A stretch of 62,787 nucleotides of DNA, filler included, from Choristocarpus tenellus KU-1152 (taxonomy: Eukaryota > Protista > Phaeophyceae), in assembly GCA_964200185.2 (NCBI GenBank). It is 10 parts of 10 records of this genome, joined end to end, with 100 filler letters (N's around TTAATTAATTAA, not from the genome) between each part and the next. Parts side by side here need not be neighbours in the genome. Positions count along the whole stretch, not along the records: positions 1 to 7,602 come from CAXNAD020005892.1; positions 7,703 to 15,433 come from CAXNAD020005671.1; 8 more parts are not named here. One strand, written 5' to 3'. The position numbers and the translations under genes were made by a program. The notes beneath the pieces are model-generated. The model was not told the DNA's origin. It saw only the letters and a list, made by a program, of their open reading frames with translations, and made no database searches. Each line of letters starts with the position of its first letter. Positions within the stretch are counted from its first letter, which is position 1. Below are positions 1-14,400 of the stretch, piece by piece.

Positions 1-91
1 CCCCCCTCCACCCCCCAAATCCCCCCCCCCCCCCCCCCCCCCATCCCCCATACTGCCCACCAGCCCTCCTGTCCAAACTACCAACACTTGC

Positions 92-3000
92 CTGCTTCTC
101 CACATCAATGGACTTGGAGTGCCTTCCAATCTCTACTCCACATCCTCCTCCTCCGCCGTCATGATCCTCTCCTGTGATCCCCCTCCCAACACAGGCAAAT
201 CTGTACTTGTAGTGAATCTCATAAGAATGGCAAGTTGTGACTGGCACTCCCGGGTGAGTGGCCTTGGATTTCTTGGCCCATGACCAGAAGCGCTCCCCAT
301 GTGGGGGCTTGGCAGTGTGGTCTACTATCCATGCCGCAGCATGGCATAGCTCGTGGAGCAATGTCTGGTTTCACAGAAGGGGAGGATGAGATTTGAGTAC
401 TGTAGTCCACGGTGTGCTAGAGAACAGGATAGCCATGGGGGGTTGCTACTAAACGTTACATTGTCGATTCAAATCGAGTACATCTGAATGAGTAGGTGGG
501 GCTAGCAAAGAGGTGTGTGCTGGCGAGGAGTGAGCCGCAGTTCAAGGAGATTATCAGGGACTGAGGATGGGCGGCATCATCAAGGTGGTACTCTTACATA
601 GTGACTTTTTTTTCTTTCTTTCTTACTCCTCTCCGGTGAGAGGCAGAGCTCATAGGAGTCAATAATTCTTAGTGAACATTCATCCTCGTTGGTAAGTGAC
701 GGTTGCTGTGGAAGAGGAACATATGGAGTTCATATGGAGTTGAGGGGAAGGAGGATGTACACACGCGTGTCAGCTTCTCTCTGTACTGTGTATGCCTCAC
801 CTACTCCTTAAAGAGCATCCTCTCACCTCCCTCAGCTTGGCCTCACTATCAACCACCTTGGATGAAAGCTCTACCACCGATGTATACACATACGGAGGCT
901 GAGAACCGTGCAGGGTTGCCTCCATTTCCGCACCAGGAAGGCGTCGCCGGGAAGAACGGGTTAAACCAGCGGTCCGAAGAAGGCGTTTGCTCCACTCCAC
1001 ACGAACCGAGGACAGGGCTCCCTCAAAAACGCCTGCGTTGAACTCCTCAAAGTACTTTGCGGTGAGGCTGAGAAACGGAAAGGAGGGAAGAGAACAAGGG
1101 AAGGTAACGAGAATATCAACACATTTCAGTGTTTTGAAGAAAACCCAGGGATGGTGGATTAATGAGCTACCTCGAAGATGCCTCCCGCAGGGGCACATCA
1201 TTTTTCAGAACCTACATCAGGATTCCCATGGAAGGGGAAATGATTTCGTTCCATGAGGAAGGCTACAGGAAAGGCGAGGAGTACAAACTGATATAAGCCA
1301 AGAGAGAAATGAGTTTACTCAGGAACCTCTTACCTGTCCCTCCTCTTGCGGAAGCCAATCCCGCTCACATTGCTCAGCTCATGGACAGGTACTGTCATCG
1401 GTGAAGTTGTGCCTTCTGAGGTCTTGAAAGCAGTGGTAGAAGAACGGTTGCTTTTTTTTTTGGTTCCCTCTGCTGTGGCATTTCTTTGGCCACCGTTCGA
1501 AAGAGCAAGGGGCTTGGACGTAGGAGTCTTCGTCATAGTAGGCTGAGGATTTTTCAGTGGCGGAGTAACTATCAGGCAGTCATCAGAGCTTTCGCCATTG
1601 CACCTGCCGATGCCGTCTTCATAATCTCCGTCACTGTCATCCGTTTCGTAGTTTGACTCTGAGCCTGAATCTACAGACCTTGACTCATCTGTGAGGGTGT
1701 CAGCATCTGTGGGCTCAGGACTAGTAACCATCTCGGAATCAATCTCGGAATCTGCTGCGCAAGCAAAGGGATTGAAGACGTCACAGAAACCATAAATCAG
1801 ACGTTACCCCTGTGATATGTAACAAGGAGATCTAGGATTAGTATTTGTTGGGCGTAAAAATATACTTGTGGGTTGCTTGTGTTGGGACAGGATGAACATG
1901 AAGCATGATTATTACATACCAAGAACATGTATCCGCCTCTAACATTCAGGGTCAATTGAAGAGTTCAATGGATGCCTAAATGCAGGGTGTGTATTATGTC
2001 TTTCGATTCTGTGCAGATAGTGATCGTGTGGGGTAAAGTATGAAATTCCAGGCACACACAAACAGCTTCCTTGGATGTTGTCCAAAAGGTGTGCGCGTAT
2101 ACCACACCTTCTCCAATTTCGCTATCGCTCTCCTGCTCAAGACTGGCAGCAGTGGAATATGACGCTTCTCGCTCCAGTTTTCTGTGGACGGTGGTGCTGA
2201 CTTCAGCTTCAGAGGATTGAGAAGCATAATCTGCTCAGCACACAAGGCGAGACGAAAATATTCGAGGTGAGAGATAACGGCGTCAAACAGCAATTTTCTC
2301 GTGAGGATCAAAGTGGACTTGCGGGTGAGACGAAGGCCAGTCTGGGAGGTCGGACGACATGCCTAACCTTCTAAGCAATCCCCATGACTGCTGCTTCCCT
2401 TTTTAGAATCAGATTGATGACCTTGGGTGCTCGAGGGGCAAGGCCGTCGGCACGAACGCCTCCTGCCGCTGAAGTGCAATTGTGCTTTTGAGTTATCCTT
2501 GTCCCAATCCGAACCCGATGAATCTACAGAGGACCGATTTCTTTGTCCTACACTGGGCTTCCGATGATTTCTATTCCGAATGGATACCTCGCTTGAAGTA
2601 TGACTTCCATCCGAATTACGGCGTCGGTAGAGCAAGAATTTCATGTCTGAAGCGGCGTGGACTGATTGCTCTGTAGAGTTGTCATCCATTGTCTGTGTCT
2701 GTCGCCTCCTGGGTCTTGTGATAACGATTGCCGAAGACCCATCGCTATCATCGCTCTCGACTAGCACCCTTCGACGAACGGATTTCACACTATGAATACC
2801 ACTCTTGGTCGAGAGATTGCCTTTTTCCACCTTACTGATGACACTGGCAATGGTGGATGTCCTCGCGACAGGGGATGACATGGTCAAGACATCAACACTC
2901 TCATCACTCTCCTCTAAGATCCTGCGACGACTAGAAATGTGTGTGAGATTATTTCTGGGGGGTTGTTGACAAGGTCTATGTGGATTGACCCATGCATACA

Positions 3001-3166
3001 CCAGATTAAGAGCGTTAAACCGAGCCTTCAAGGTGGCAAATTCATCCATGGTTCCATGGAGAGTCCCCTTTCGGTCAACAGAAGGAGTCTTAGAGACTAA
3101 GTTGAGCCTGTCGAAGCAATCTACCAACGTATCGACTGAATTCTTGTGTCCAGTAACAGTCGCCAT
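92..3166 (-). CDS. GCNA: GCNA/ACRC-like SprT-domain metalloprotease (spliced, 3' end runs off the window)
   Basis: Exons ~3166-2368, 2230-2108, ~1754-1334, 1067-827, 364-92 with consistent phases. A long S/D/E/R-rich disordered N-terminus is followed by the SprT core: YFEEFNAGVF..VRVEWSKRLLRTAG..VELSSKVVDSEAKLRE|TLLHELCHAAAW..PPHGERFWSWA..TTCHSYEIHYKYRFAC..C..IGRHSKSIDVEKQ (HExxH motif). Confidence 0.9.
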
Positions 3167-3659
3167 TTGATCAATGGGGGGAGAGTGGTGGAGGTAGTTA
3201 CCCAAGGACGTTATCCTTCCCCGACAAAAAATATCAACGGTCGTCGTCTAATATCCCAACAACTAACACTTGTTATAAAGGTGAAGTTTACAAAGGATTC
3301 AAAGAAGATTTAAAAATGTTGAACGGTCAATGACAAAAATATATATCCAACCAAAGGTATACCTCATATATTGAGGACTACTTATATACTGTATATAAAC
3401 ACAATAAAAACAGTTGGTTGGACGAAGATTGTGAGGAAGATCCCATCCTCACAATCAATATCCTGATCACGAGGAATTCATGTTGTATTAGTAGTATCAT
3501 ATTTCCCCCCCCCCCCACTCCCTTTCTTTTTGTTTTTTGTTTACGTTCGTTTNNNNNNNNNCCCCCCCCCCCCACTCCCCTCCTGTTTAACTACTCTTAA
3601 TGTACTACTTTTTTTTTTGCCTGCTTAGTAGTATCATGCTTGCTGTTGGAATGTTGGCT

Positions 3660-5180
3660 ACCTAGAACGAGATACTCTATTGCGTTTCATGTGTCTCCAT
3701 ATGATATGGGTCACCCATATCTTACTCGTTGTACTCCAGTTGTGGTGTAGTCGTGCACATTGAGTGGCAGACTATCGCCGCAAGATACCAAAGAGGGCGA
3801 GCCCATGGTGTGATAGTCTAGAAATTGGTTGTGGTAGTACCAGGCTTCCTCCCAATTGGAATTGGACCAGTCCCAGGATCGGCAGAGCCAGATACCTGAG
3901 AAAGTCTGGGGGCATTGAGTGATAGTGGAAGATTTTGAGATAATAGTACGCATCCATGGAGACCAAGCACTATGCGACAAAGTGAACGAGGACATTTTTC
4001 CACTCCTATGAAATACCCTAGTCAATGTTCTCAAAATCTAATCCTATTGAACCCTGACGAGTCCCTTTTCCATTTAAAAACATATTTGACAGTTCGAGCG
4101 CTGAGAGGATTAATTTTCTCTGTTCAAGTTTCTCCTCAAGTGGAGGACAAGTCTATGGAGCACGCTGATCGAGGGCGGGCTGATCGAAGGGTATAGACAC
4201 GTCCCGCGGATGGGGAGGGTATCCGAACAGAAGAATAGCCCTGCTGGATTTCGATGAGGGTGAGGTGAGAGGCTTGTTATTCAGGTGAGACCGGTCGCCT
4301 AGGTTATCGACCAAATTATAGATTCCACTCAAGATCGAAGATTGGTAGTCGAGTTTCAGTATCACTGGGTAAATGGTGAATACAACCGTCCCACTCATTT
4401 GAATACTGGAACTAGAAAGATAGATACGTTTCATGCCATTAGAAAATATCGACCACGACTTCTTTCATGAACTTACCTTACCCATTGCTGCCGTCTGACG
4501 TCGGTCTGAGCTTGGGATTTGACTCGTGCTTCAAAATTTGAGAGTGGCAGCTCTGCGTCACCCTCCTAGTACATTCCTTCGACTACTGTCTTATTTACAC
4601 AGTTTCTGGTACTTCTGCACGGCTGACCAGGGAGGGCAACCTATATTTCAATACAAGGTCTCTCTACAGGCCACAGGTTCTGAGGAAATTTGATCACGTT
4701 GCTCGATGGATGTACCTCACTGTATGTGGCATGGTGTCCAATACTTGTTTGGTGGAATACTGAATGAACATCATGCAGGTACCTTCCCATTCGAAGTGGA
4801 AATCTCTGCATAGCTATGTTCATCCCCACTTGAATAATACCGCCTCTTCGGCATTCTATAACCCCAGACTCCTGATCATCAATCACTGCGACCAACCACC
4901 TTGACAAATCACACCAACCTTGTTTCAAACTTAACTCCATTTTCCTCTCCTCATACACTCCTAACTGATGATGGAGCTTTGTCTGCGTCACCCCTGTCCA
5001 CAGATCCCTCCATGCAAGGAAACATCGATGCTCGAGTGTGTATGGATCGAAGCATTTGACATGGCCTGCCCAGGTGACCATGGGCTGTCTCAGTGACAAT
5101 TCCACTCCCGGTTGGTGACCTCAGCGGGTCACTACACAACCATGGGGTAAACCTAACACACTGTGCAATCCTGGTGAGTA
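3660..5180. repeat. Left arm of a diverged ~1.5-kb inverted repeat (unclassified TE-like sequence)
   Basis: The reverse complement aligns by eye with 5403-7165, e.g. CCTGGGACTGGTCCAATTCCA and GAGTGGAATTGTCAC shared. Both arms contain many stop codons. Confidence 0.8.
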
Positions 5181-5402
5181 TGGGTCAAGCACTTTATTCT
5201 GCATGCATACCTCATCTACAATCTGCTCTTACTCAATATGCAGCAAATTGTAGAATGGATGCTCTATTCTTGTACATCAATCATTTCTGGAGCTCAGTCG
5301 GGGTAGAAATCCTCCCTCCCTCGAAGCATCTGTACGTTCAGCTATTGCTCTTGACTGATAAGAATCACCATGTGCCCCACGGTGTTTGTTTGATTTACAG
5401 GG

Positions 5403-7165
5403 TACTCACCAGGCTTGAACAGTGTGTGAGTTTTACCCTGTGGTTGTGTAGTGACCTGCTGAGGTCACCCACCAGGAGTGGAATTGTCACAGAAGACATT
5501 GGATGGTTGCCTGTGCAGGCTGTGTCAAACACTCCAATCCGTACATACTCGGGCATCGATTTGTCCTTGCACGGAGGGGATCTGTGGACAGGTGATGCAG
5601 ACAAGGCCGCATCATCAGTTCATGTGATTTGTTGAGGCAGTTGGTCACAGCAGTTGATGATCACAAGCCTGGAGTTATCGAATGCTGGAGGCAAGATAGT
5701 ATTCATATGGAGATGAGTGCAGGGAACAGCTGAAATCTCCACCTCAAGTGGAAAAGTGCCTGCTTGGTATCCCTTAAGTATTCATCAGACAAATGAGTGA
5801 AGGGTACGAATTTTGTCCTGTTTTGTCCATGCGGGGCTTGGCTCCCCATGGGTTTTTATTGACATTTTACCTACTCCAAAATGTTTCGGAGTAGGGTAAA
5901 ACGTAGACATTATGAAAAGGAGTGTCCAGACAAGGATATTGACATCTCCTAACAAACTTGATAGTCAAAATTACAAAAAAATGTTCAACATCGGATTTGG
6001 GTCCCCAAATGGACGCGACTGTACCCTCTAAGATGCTTTGGCTCAAATGTCAGATACCATGCCCGTGCAGTGAGCAATTTTCACCAAGTCAAGTGAATCA
6101 AATTTCCTTCCAAACCTGTGGCCCACAAGGGGCTTTGCAATGATAGATAGGGTGCCCTCCCTGGTCAGCTGTGCAGTAGTATCAGAAGACTGCAAAAAAT
6201 AGTACACAGTTCGAGGATAGACTGGGAGCATTGCCTCTCTTAATATTTGAATCATGAGTATATTTCCGTGCTCAGATCAATGTCCAACTGGAGCAATGGT
6301 GTACGTTCATAAAAAAAAATCGTAATAGTTATTTTCGGAAATGAAATGTGTGGATATTTCTACCTTCCAGTATTCAAACGGTGTGAACAGATACCCTCTA
6401 TCATTCACCCAATGATACGGACATCTCAACTGCCAATAGTGTTCGATCTTAAGTGGAGTCTATGATTTGGTCGATAACCCAGAGGTGTCTCACCTGAATC
6501 ACAATCCTATCATATTTCCCCCATCGAAATCCGGCAGAGTTAGCTCTTGGTTCGGATACCCTCTACATCCCTGGGATGTGTCAATACCCTTACGTATACC
6601 TCGATCAGGCCACCCTCACCCTTGATCAACTTGTTCTGTAGACTTGGACTCCACATGGGGGGAACTTGGACGAAGATATTTGAACCTTTCCGGGCTCAAA
6701 CTGTCAAACATGGTCGAAGGTTGGAAAGGTACTCGTCAGGGTTAAGAATAGGGAAATATTTCAGGACATTGACTTGGACATGCCCATAGGACTGGAAATC
6801 ATACTTGTTCTATTCATTTTGCACATGATGCTTTGCCCCCATGATTGCATACTGCGATCTCAAAGTTTTCCGCCGTCACGGACATACCCCTTACTTCCTC
6901 TTGTTCCTGGTGCTGTCAGTCCTGGGACTGGTCCAATTCCACTTGGGAGGACACCTGGGGATGCAACCGATTTCTGGACTGTCGTACCATGGTCTCCCTC
7001 TCCTTGGTATTCTTGCAATGATGATCTGCTTACGGTCAGTCCAGCAATGGTTGGCCCCAGCGCCCAGGACAACAGTACATGCACCAACTGGAGCACAAAG
7101 AGGAAGTTGTGGGGGACCGATATCTTACGGAGCGACATGATGCGCAGTAGATTATCTTGTTTTAG
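5403..7165. repeat. Right arm of the inverted repeat, interrupted by a MITE at 5795-6044
   Basis: Homologous to the reverse complement of 3660-5180. A third fragment of the same sequence lies at ~7370-7432. Confidence 0.8.
5795..6044 (+). mobile_element. MITE family A (Sola-like), TSD AAAT
   Basis: GAGTGAA...TTTGGCTC termini, flanked by aaat on both sides. Confidence 0.85.
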
Positions 7166-7432
7166 ATCAACTCACCGACAGCAAGCATGAGCTGCTGCTG
7201 GGGATATGAATACTGTGAACAAAGGGGGCCTTGACGGTTACGATGTTCAATCCAACAAGCATTTTTCCTATTTCTTTTGCCTGGCTCTCAAAATATGAGG
7301 TATACCTTTGGTTGGATGAGGAGTTATTTAATTTTGTGTTAAAAGTCTTTATCTCCATTCAAATACTATTTTCCCCCCAGCATTCTATAACCCCAGACTT
7401 CTGACCATCAATTGTTGTGACCGACCACCTTG

Positions 7433-7602
7433 GAGTGAAAGTATCTTAGAGGGTACGATTTTTTCCCTGTTTGTCCATTTGGGACTTGGCTTTCCACAGG
7501 TGTTTTATGACTTTTTCCTACTCCGATATGTTTCGGAGTAGGTAAAATTTGCACGTGATGAAAAGGTGTGTCCGGAACAAGGATATTGACACTTCCTCAA
7601 AA
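7433..7602 (+). mobile_element. MITE family A, truncated by gap
   Basis: Starts GAGTGAAAGTATCTTAGAGGGTACG. Confidence 0.85.
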
Positions 7603-7701
7603 NNNNNNNNNNNNNNNNNNNNNNNNNNNNNNNNNNNNNNNNNNNNTTAATTAATTAANNNNNNNNNNNNNNNNNNNNNNNNNNNNNNNNNNNNNNNNNN
7701 N
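7603..7701. other. Artificial contig linker N..TTAATTAATTAA..N (also 15434-15533, 18694-18793, 22588-22687, 36348-36447, 41308-41407, 51036-51135, 54825-54924, 58358-58457)
   Basis: Same ~100-bp N spacer, with stops in all six frames, repeated nine times. Confidence 0.97.
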
Positions 7702-8495
7702 NCCCCTCCCAGATACTTTGGGTCTATCCCCCTATATTTTGGGGCCTAACTTCTTGCCTTTGACAGCATTCCTCAAATACCATGTTTGCCACTCTTCCAC
7801 CCGAAGTTGAAGCTCAACCATGTTCTTGGTAAGATCTTCGTTTGCTCCAGCTCTCAGTATTCTTGGTGATGGTGGAGGGGGTATGCTGCTTTGGAGTATA
7901 TTGCACTCTTTTCAAAGTACTTGTAGTATGGCTTGCCACTCGGGCATTTCTTTCTCCTTGCCTGTTTTAATGGGGATAATAGGTCTTTGGAACTTTGATG
8001 GTGGTCACAGTGTTACCTACACCTTGTTGCAATTTGCAAACTCCATACTTGAAATCAAACAATCTGGAGCAGAGTGACCATGGTAACTTCATTCTTCTCT
8101 TCCAGTGAGAGAGGGAGAAAGAGAGACAAACAGACAGACAAACAGAGAGACACACAGACAGATAGAGAAGAGAGAGAGAGAAAGGGTAATGTCTCCCAGT
8201 GACTGGCCATCGGGAATCACTATAAATGTGTTGTTATTCAATGGTACAAGCCGTTGTCATTTGAAGTGTGTACTTGCCCTGCCTATGAATACGATCAAGA
8301 ATAGCGTCTTTGCAAATATCAACTGAGTACTACAAAGTACACTGCACTACTCTGCTGGCACAAACCACAACAACTCGGTCTTTCGGTAGCTTTCCTGCAT
8401 AATGTGTTTTGACTGTGTGTGTGACGAGGGATAGCACGAAGAGGGGGGGGGGGGAGCTGTGGGAGATTAAGTTCCTTCACCACTTTTCCTGCTAG

Positions 8496-11400
8496 GTTGA
8501 GATCAGAAGGGTTGAACAGGGAGGGAGAAGTAGCGACTGCCAAGGCGGAGATGCATCGTGCAAAATCGCAGCAGGAGGTACTTGCCGACAAAGTCAAGAC
8601 CTTGCAGGTGCTTTGCATGATATGTGGATTTATGTTTCATTCCTCCCACAATCTCAACCACTGTTGCAATTAGTCAGTAGCTTACCCTCATTTTGAATGT
8701 TTAGAATAGAGCAATCTCAGGTGGACCACTTTTCTGAAGACAATGGCATGAGCCCAGTCAAGGAAGGGGCACTACAGGGTCAGTGCATAGCAATTTTCAA
8801 ATTATAGTATTATCATGTGAACGAGAGTTGAGGTTCAACTTCAACTTCAACTTCATGGTCAGACCAGGAAGAAAATAAATTGTCGCAGTGTTGTCTATGG
8901 GTTCATTGCTTCAGGTTGATTTTGTGGTTTACGATTGACCAAGGGAAATTAACTGGAAGATGGTGAAGGGCAGCTGCAGAAACGATTTTGACATAGTCAG
9001 AATAACCTACTTCTTTCATGCAGATGGATGGGAGTTGTAGTGTATATCAGGTGTTCACCCCTACCTCTGTTGTGCGCTCTTACTACGCCTAGCATCTACT
9101 CTGTGAGGCCAGAATTGTGTTCACTGTTGTGAAGCACAGAGTTGGCAGTAGTGGACCCATGAACGTGTCATGGGAGTAAAGCCTTGACTAATGTTATGCC
9201 TGATATCAAATAGTCTCAATCGCAAGGGTATGACTTTAGGTAGTCAAACGTTTATACAAATATTTACTGAAGGCTAATGTTTTTGCTAATTACGGAAATG
9301 GGCTAGGTTCCTGGACTGTATTATGCAGAACAGCCCTCATCGAGTACCTTATCAACAATAGAGTGAAAGTATCTTAGAGTGTATGAATTTTGCCCTGTTT
9401 GTCCATTTGGGGTTTGGCTTCCTATGAGCTTTTATATGACATTTTCCTACTCCAAAATGTTGAGGAGTAGGTAAAATGTATATGCTATGAAAAGTTGTGT
9501 CCGAAACATAGATATTGACACTTCCTAACAAACAGGATAGCCAAAATTACATCAAAATCGCAACATTGAATTTTGACCCTCAAATGGACGCTGCTCTACC
9601 CTCTAAGACACTTTGACTCATATTGTATTGCATAACATCCTGATGTATAAATCTATTTTTTGACGAATCGACTGTTGCACTTCCATTCCGCATTTTTTAC
9701 AAACAAAGGCTGTCTATCTTCGCTTCCCACGTTGCTCTCAACGAGACATATAACCTACACTGAATTCTATTGCTCTTGACAAAGAAATAATTGTGTCACC
9801 TTAGAGCTGAGTTTTTCTTTCTGACCACAGAAGAAACTATGAGTATGCTTAGTGGGTCAAACGTTTTGACCTATTTCCTTGTCAAGATGAATAAATACAA
9901 GCATTAATCTCAGCTCTGGTCAATGTCCCGAAAATACTTTCTCATGCCTCAACCTAGGCAGGACCAGCTGGGCAGTGAACGCAGCTCATATGAGTCGGTT
10001 GCAAACCAGTTTAGACGTCGAAATAGTGAACTTGATGCGGCAAATTGCGCACTGAAGCGGGAGCTGGCAAGCAATAATGACGACACTTTATCAAGGTTTG
10101 TGTGATATTTTTTAGGGAGGGGGAAGGGAAAGCTCACACTATGGTGGACCAGCATGGCCTTTGTTTTGGATGATAGAAGAGTAGAGCACATGAGGCATTA
10201 TCACTTGACCTATTCCTGCCACAACCTCATCCTAATATATCACCACTATCGACCTGAGAACAAACTTCCTTACCTCGGCTCCCAATCATCCATGCAATCT
10301 TATCGTCTCAAGGCTTCGAGAAGTAGAAGGTGAAAGGGATGGGGCAGTCTATGAAGGCAAGAGGGCAGCTGAAAAAGCAGCAATGGCAGAGCACTGGAGA
10401 AAGAAAGAGCAAGAGCGGGCTAACAGGTGATGGTAGACTTTTGAAAGAACCCTTGAAGCAGCCAGAAAAAAATTGATTAATGTTGACTACAGCTCCAGTG
10501 GGAGATATCAGTATTTCCTTCCAGAGGCTATTCGTCAATCACCTTCTATACATCTTCCTCTCATATTTCATTGCTCCATTCCTCTCCATCCACATTTCTG
10601 TCTGTTCAATGTCACCCTCTGGTGAGCTCCATCCAACACTAGCAAGTCACCTAAGGAAATTTCAATTTCCTGGTATTTGTTCCAATGCAGGTCCTGGCAT
10701 AATTCCCACTTGATTTTGCATTTGGACAAATAGAACTGGGATACAGCTTTTTTGTAACCTGCGACTATTGCTCAAAGCTCACCTGTTCTGCAATCAGTTC
10801 TTGAGCATATATATGCTGCTACACGCACTCAAACATACATCCCACATTTGCACTTGAGCCTATTTCTACAATGCTTCCCTTTACCTCTTACCCTTGTCCA
10901 ACGCCTTCAGTGCAGAGGCCAAGCTGGAGGAGAGTAGGGTAGAAGCAGCAGAGCTTCAATCAGAGGTTGCACGACTCAGGGGGAACACTGATGCAGCCAT
11001 GGCCCCTCATCTTCAAGCAAAGGCAAGAATAATGGACTGGTCAGAGATGGATATAGCCTTAAGACAAGAGAGGGGGCTAGGGCTGAGGATGGGTCCAAGG
11101 CAGGGGCTATTATGAGTTTTTACGATCAGTAGAAGAAGCAGTTCAGGGGAAAATTAATGTGTTTGGGCTTGCACTACTATTGGGCCAGCAACACACTGTA
11201 TGGGTAGGGGGGAGGGAGGAGGGGCTGATACTGTAGTCATTTAGCATTTATTGCAAGGCGATTATTTTCGGTTCAGAAAAATAGGACCCGAAAGATGGGG
11301 TGTAGATTAGGGTGGATACGAATTACGGTACCTGCAAGGGGAAGTTGTTTGAGCACAAAACTTGTACTTGATTTGATGGTTACTTGGAAGCTCTGATAGA

Positions 11401-14400
11401 TGGTGACTAGGGAGTGAAAGTATCTTAGAGGGTACAAGTTTAGCCCTGTTTGTCCATTTGGGGCTTGGCTTCCCATGGGGTTTTTATGATATTTTGCCTA
11501 CTCCAAAATGTTTCGGAGTAGGTAATATGTTTATGTTATGAAATATTGTGTCCGGAACAAGGATACTGATACTTCCTAACAAATACGACAGATAAAATTA
11601 CATAGAAATCGGAACATTGGATTTTCCCCCTCAAATGGACGCGGCCCTACCCTCGAAGATATTTTGATGCTAGGGTTAGTCAGGGTTAGGTTCAAAGCAA
11701 TAGTACTGACAAGTGTTTTTTGACTCCTCTCTGTAAGTTTCAGGTGGGGGAGTACTCAATTTAGAATGTAACGCCTAAATTCGAGAGGTGAGTCAGTTCA
11801 ATTCGATGAGATCAAAGATATCCCAATGAAGGTATCTTAGGGTTAAGGTACGAGTTTTGCCCTGTTTGTCCGTTTGGGGCTTGACTTCCCACGGGTTTTA
11901 ATGACATTTTTCCTACTCCGAAATGTTTCGGGTTAGGTAAAAGGTATACCTTATGAAAAAGTGTTTCGGGAACAAGGATATTGACACTTCCTAACAAACA
12001 TGTTAGCCAAAATTACATCAAAATCGCAACATTGGATTTTGGCCCCCAAACGGACGCGGCTCTACCCTCTAAGATACTTCGACTCGTCCAGCACAATCCA
12101 AAACTTGGCTGAAGGTACTTCACTCTCTTGGGCAATTCTTGCACCTCACTGAAAGCAAGCTGAACGCATCCTGCTACAAGTTCTGTTTACTTTTTTTTAT
12201 GTATGGAGCATTTAGTACACAACACTACAATATTGTAGCAACACCACAATTTGTCACTCCACATAATATCTAAGACCTGGGTGTGTGCCAGGCACCGAGT
12301 GCAAAGCATTAACTACACCAATAATATTAATAATAATCATTGTACTACAGTTTACATGGAGGGAGCATCTATCTTCTAGATCCTCCATCAGGTATGGAAA
12401 CGCCCGATATACTACAAAGGGAAAATTTCAGGTCCCTGCAAACACCCATGCCATTCTGCAACACTTGCCCTGCACAGTCAACAATGTCACATGCCTAGGG
12501 AGTAACAAATGCATGTGGATACCTACATAAATATATACCCCTTACCACCACAATCCCCTTCCTCTCTTACCTAGTCTTCATTTTCCTCTCCAACTTTTAT
12601 GTGTTAGGGCGAGCTTCAACTGGCCCTCAATGAGGCACGGCGTGATATGGAGGCAATCCAGGAGGACAGAAAGCGGACTGAGGTGCGAATTGAACAACAG
12701 CACCAATTGAAGGGGAGAAAAATTGTGGTACACTAGCACAACTTCCTGTACTCCTTATCAGGCACATACAATGACCTAGATGTTGGCATGCCCTTCAATG
12801 GCCTGGTGAAGTCATAAATTTCACGACTTTGGGTACTCAGATGCGAACACCTGCTTCTCCATACTTTCTACAGGTTAAAAAGATTGCGGCTTAACCAGCA
12901 TCTCTCTGCTGCAAAGTCAATGTTCTCATTTTTCTCCTCCCTCCCTCTCTTCGATTGTACAATTCAATGGCACACAAGGTCAAGCACAAGGCTGAAGTGG
13001 CATCACTCCGTGATGAGATATCCTCCAAGCTCCCAGGACTAGCAGAAGCAGCATCACTGAGGGCAGCTGAGCAGTGGCAACTTCGTGCAGCGGCAGAGGT
13101 GGCAGAAGCTAAAGTGGAGGGGAGTCGCAAGGTTGAAGAGGCGGTGGCAAGAGTGGCTGCTGTCAAGGTATGCCATGCAGGACTGCTGTCAAGGTCACAG
13201 CACCTTCACCACGAGTTAGGGGGTAGGGACAAACCTAGAAGAGCACTTCCAAGTGATGAGAAAGGATTGGGAATGGATCCGGCCCCTCCAGTGTAAAACT
13301 AGTAGGTGTACGACGTCTTTGCCCATTCTCTGCATCTAAAATATGATCAAGAAGATGCGACAAGAGTGAAAGTATTTTAGGGTTAGGGTACGAGTTTTGC
13401 CCTGTTAGTCCGTTTGGGGCTTAGCTTCCCTCGGGTTTTTTTTTACATCTTCCTACTCCAAAATATTTTGGAGTAGGTAAAATGTGTACGTTGTGAAAAG
13501 GTGTGTCCGGAACAAGGATATCGACACTTCTTAACAAAAAACAAAAATTACATCAAAATCACAACATTGGATTGTGACCCCCAAATGGACGCGTCTCTAC
13601 CCTTTAAGATACTTTGGCTCACAAACTTGCTTTTATTGGGGGGCAGAAGATGTTGCTAATGTATGGTGAGTGATCAGTTGTGTTCTATATTAGTAGTGGC
13701 TCCGAGGAGATGAGGGGGGAAACGTTGTACATTAACATGGCCTAACTCAGGAGCGTTTCCTCTTTTAAATATTTCTATCAACCTGTGCAACAATAGAAAT
13801 TCCAGGCTCAAAGTATCTGGGGTTGGGGGGATTTACACCAGGGTGTCCATTTTGGCCCTGACCAGGAGAAGTGCACTTACATTACCCATCTGATGCATGC
13901 AACCGAATCACACAAAAACCGCGACAAGGAAAAATGGACCCCAAATGGACAGTCACCGCCCCCCCCCCCCCAGATACTTTGAGCCTCCACCAGATTTTGA
14001 GGATAGTCACAGTAATCATATCCTCTCTCTTTAGAGTGGGACCAAGTGCATCTCTTATTGTGTGAACTTCTGGATAGGCAAAAGCAACATCAGAAATAAA
14101 TCTAACTGCAAGAGTTACCACGTACAAAAACAATGGGTCTGGTACTGGGGAAGCTTGTTTTGTTTATAAAGTGCCTCTGGATCAGTTTCATTTCTCACTG
14201 TTCGATCCCTTTTGGGGCCTCAAGTGTGCTGAGATCATTCGATGTTATTTATTTATTTTATTATTGAACCTGCTTTTTTTGTATTTTTTATAGGCAGAAC
14301 TGAGTATAATAAGTGTGCAAAATTCTTGTGGGAATTGTAAAGACATTCGATGAGAAAGAAAGACACAGATTCATGCTTTGCCCTTGAGTTTTTGTCACAC

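Noticed and set aside
11273-11997. Recurrent ORFs MGSQAPNGQTG.. / MLGSVNILVP..
   Set aside because: Chance translations of MITE family A, with inconsistent frames among copies
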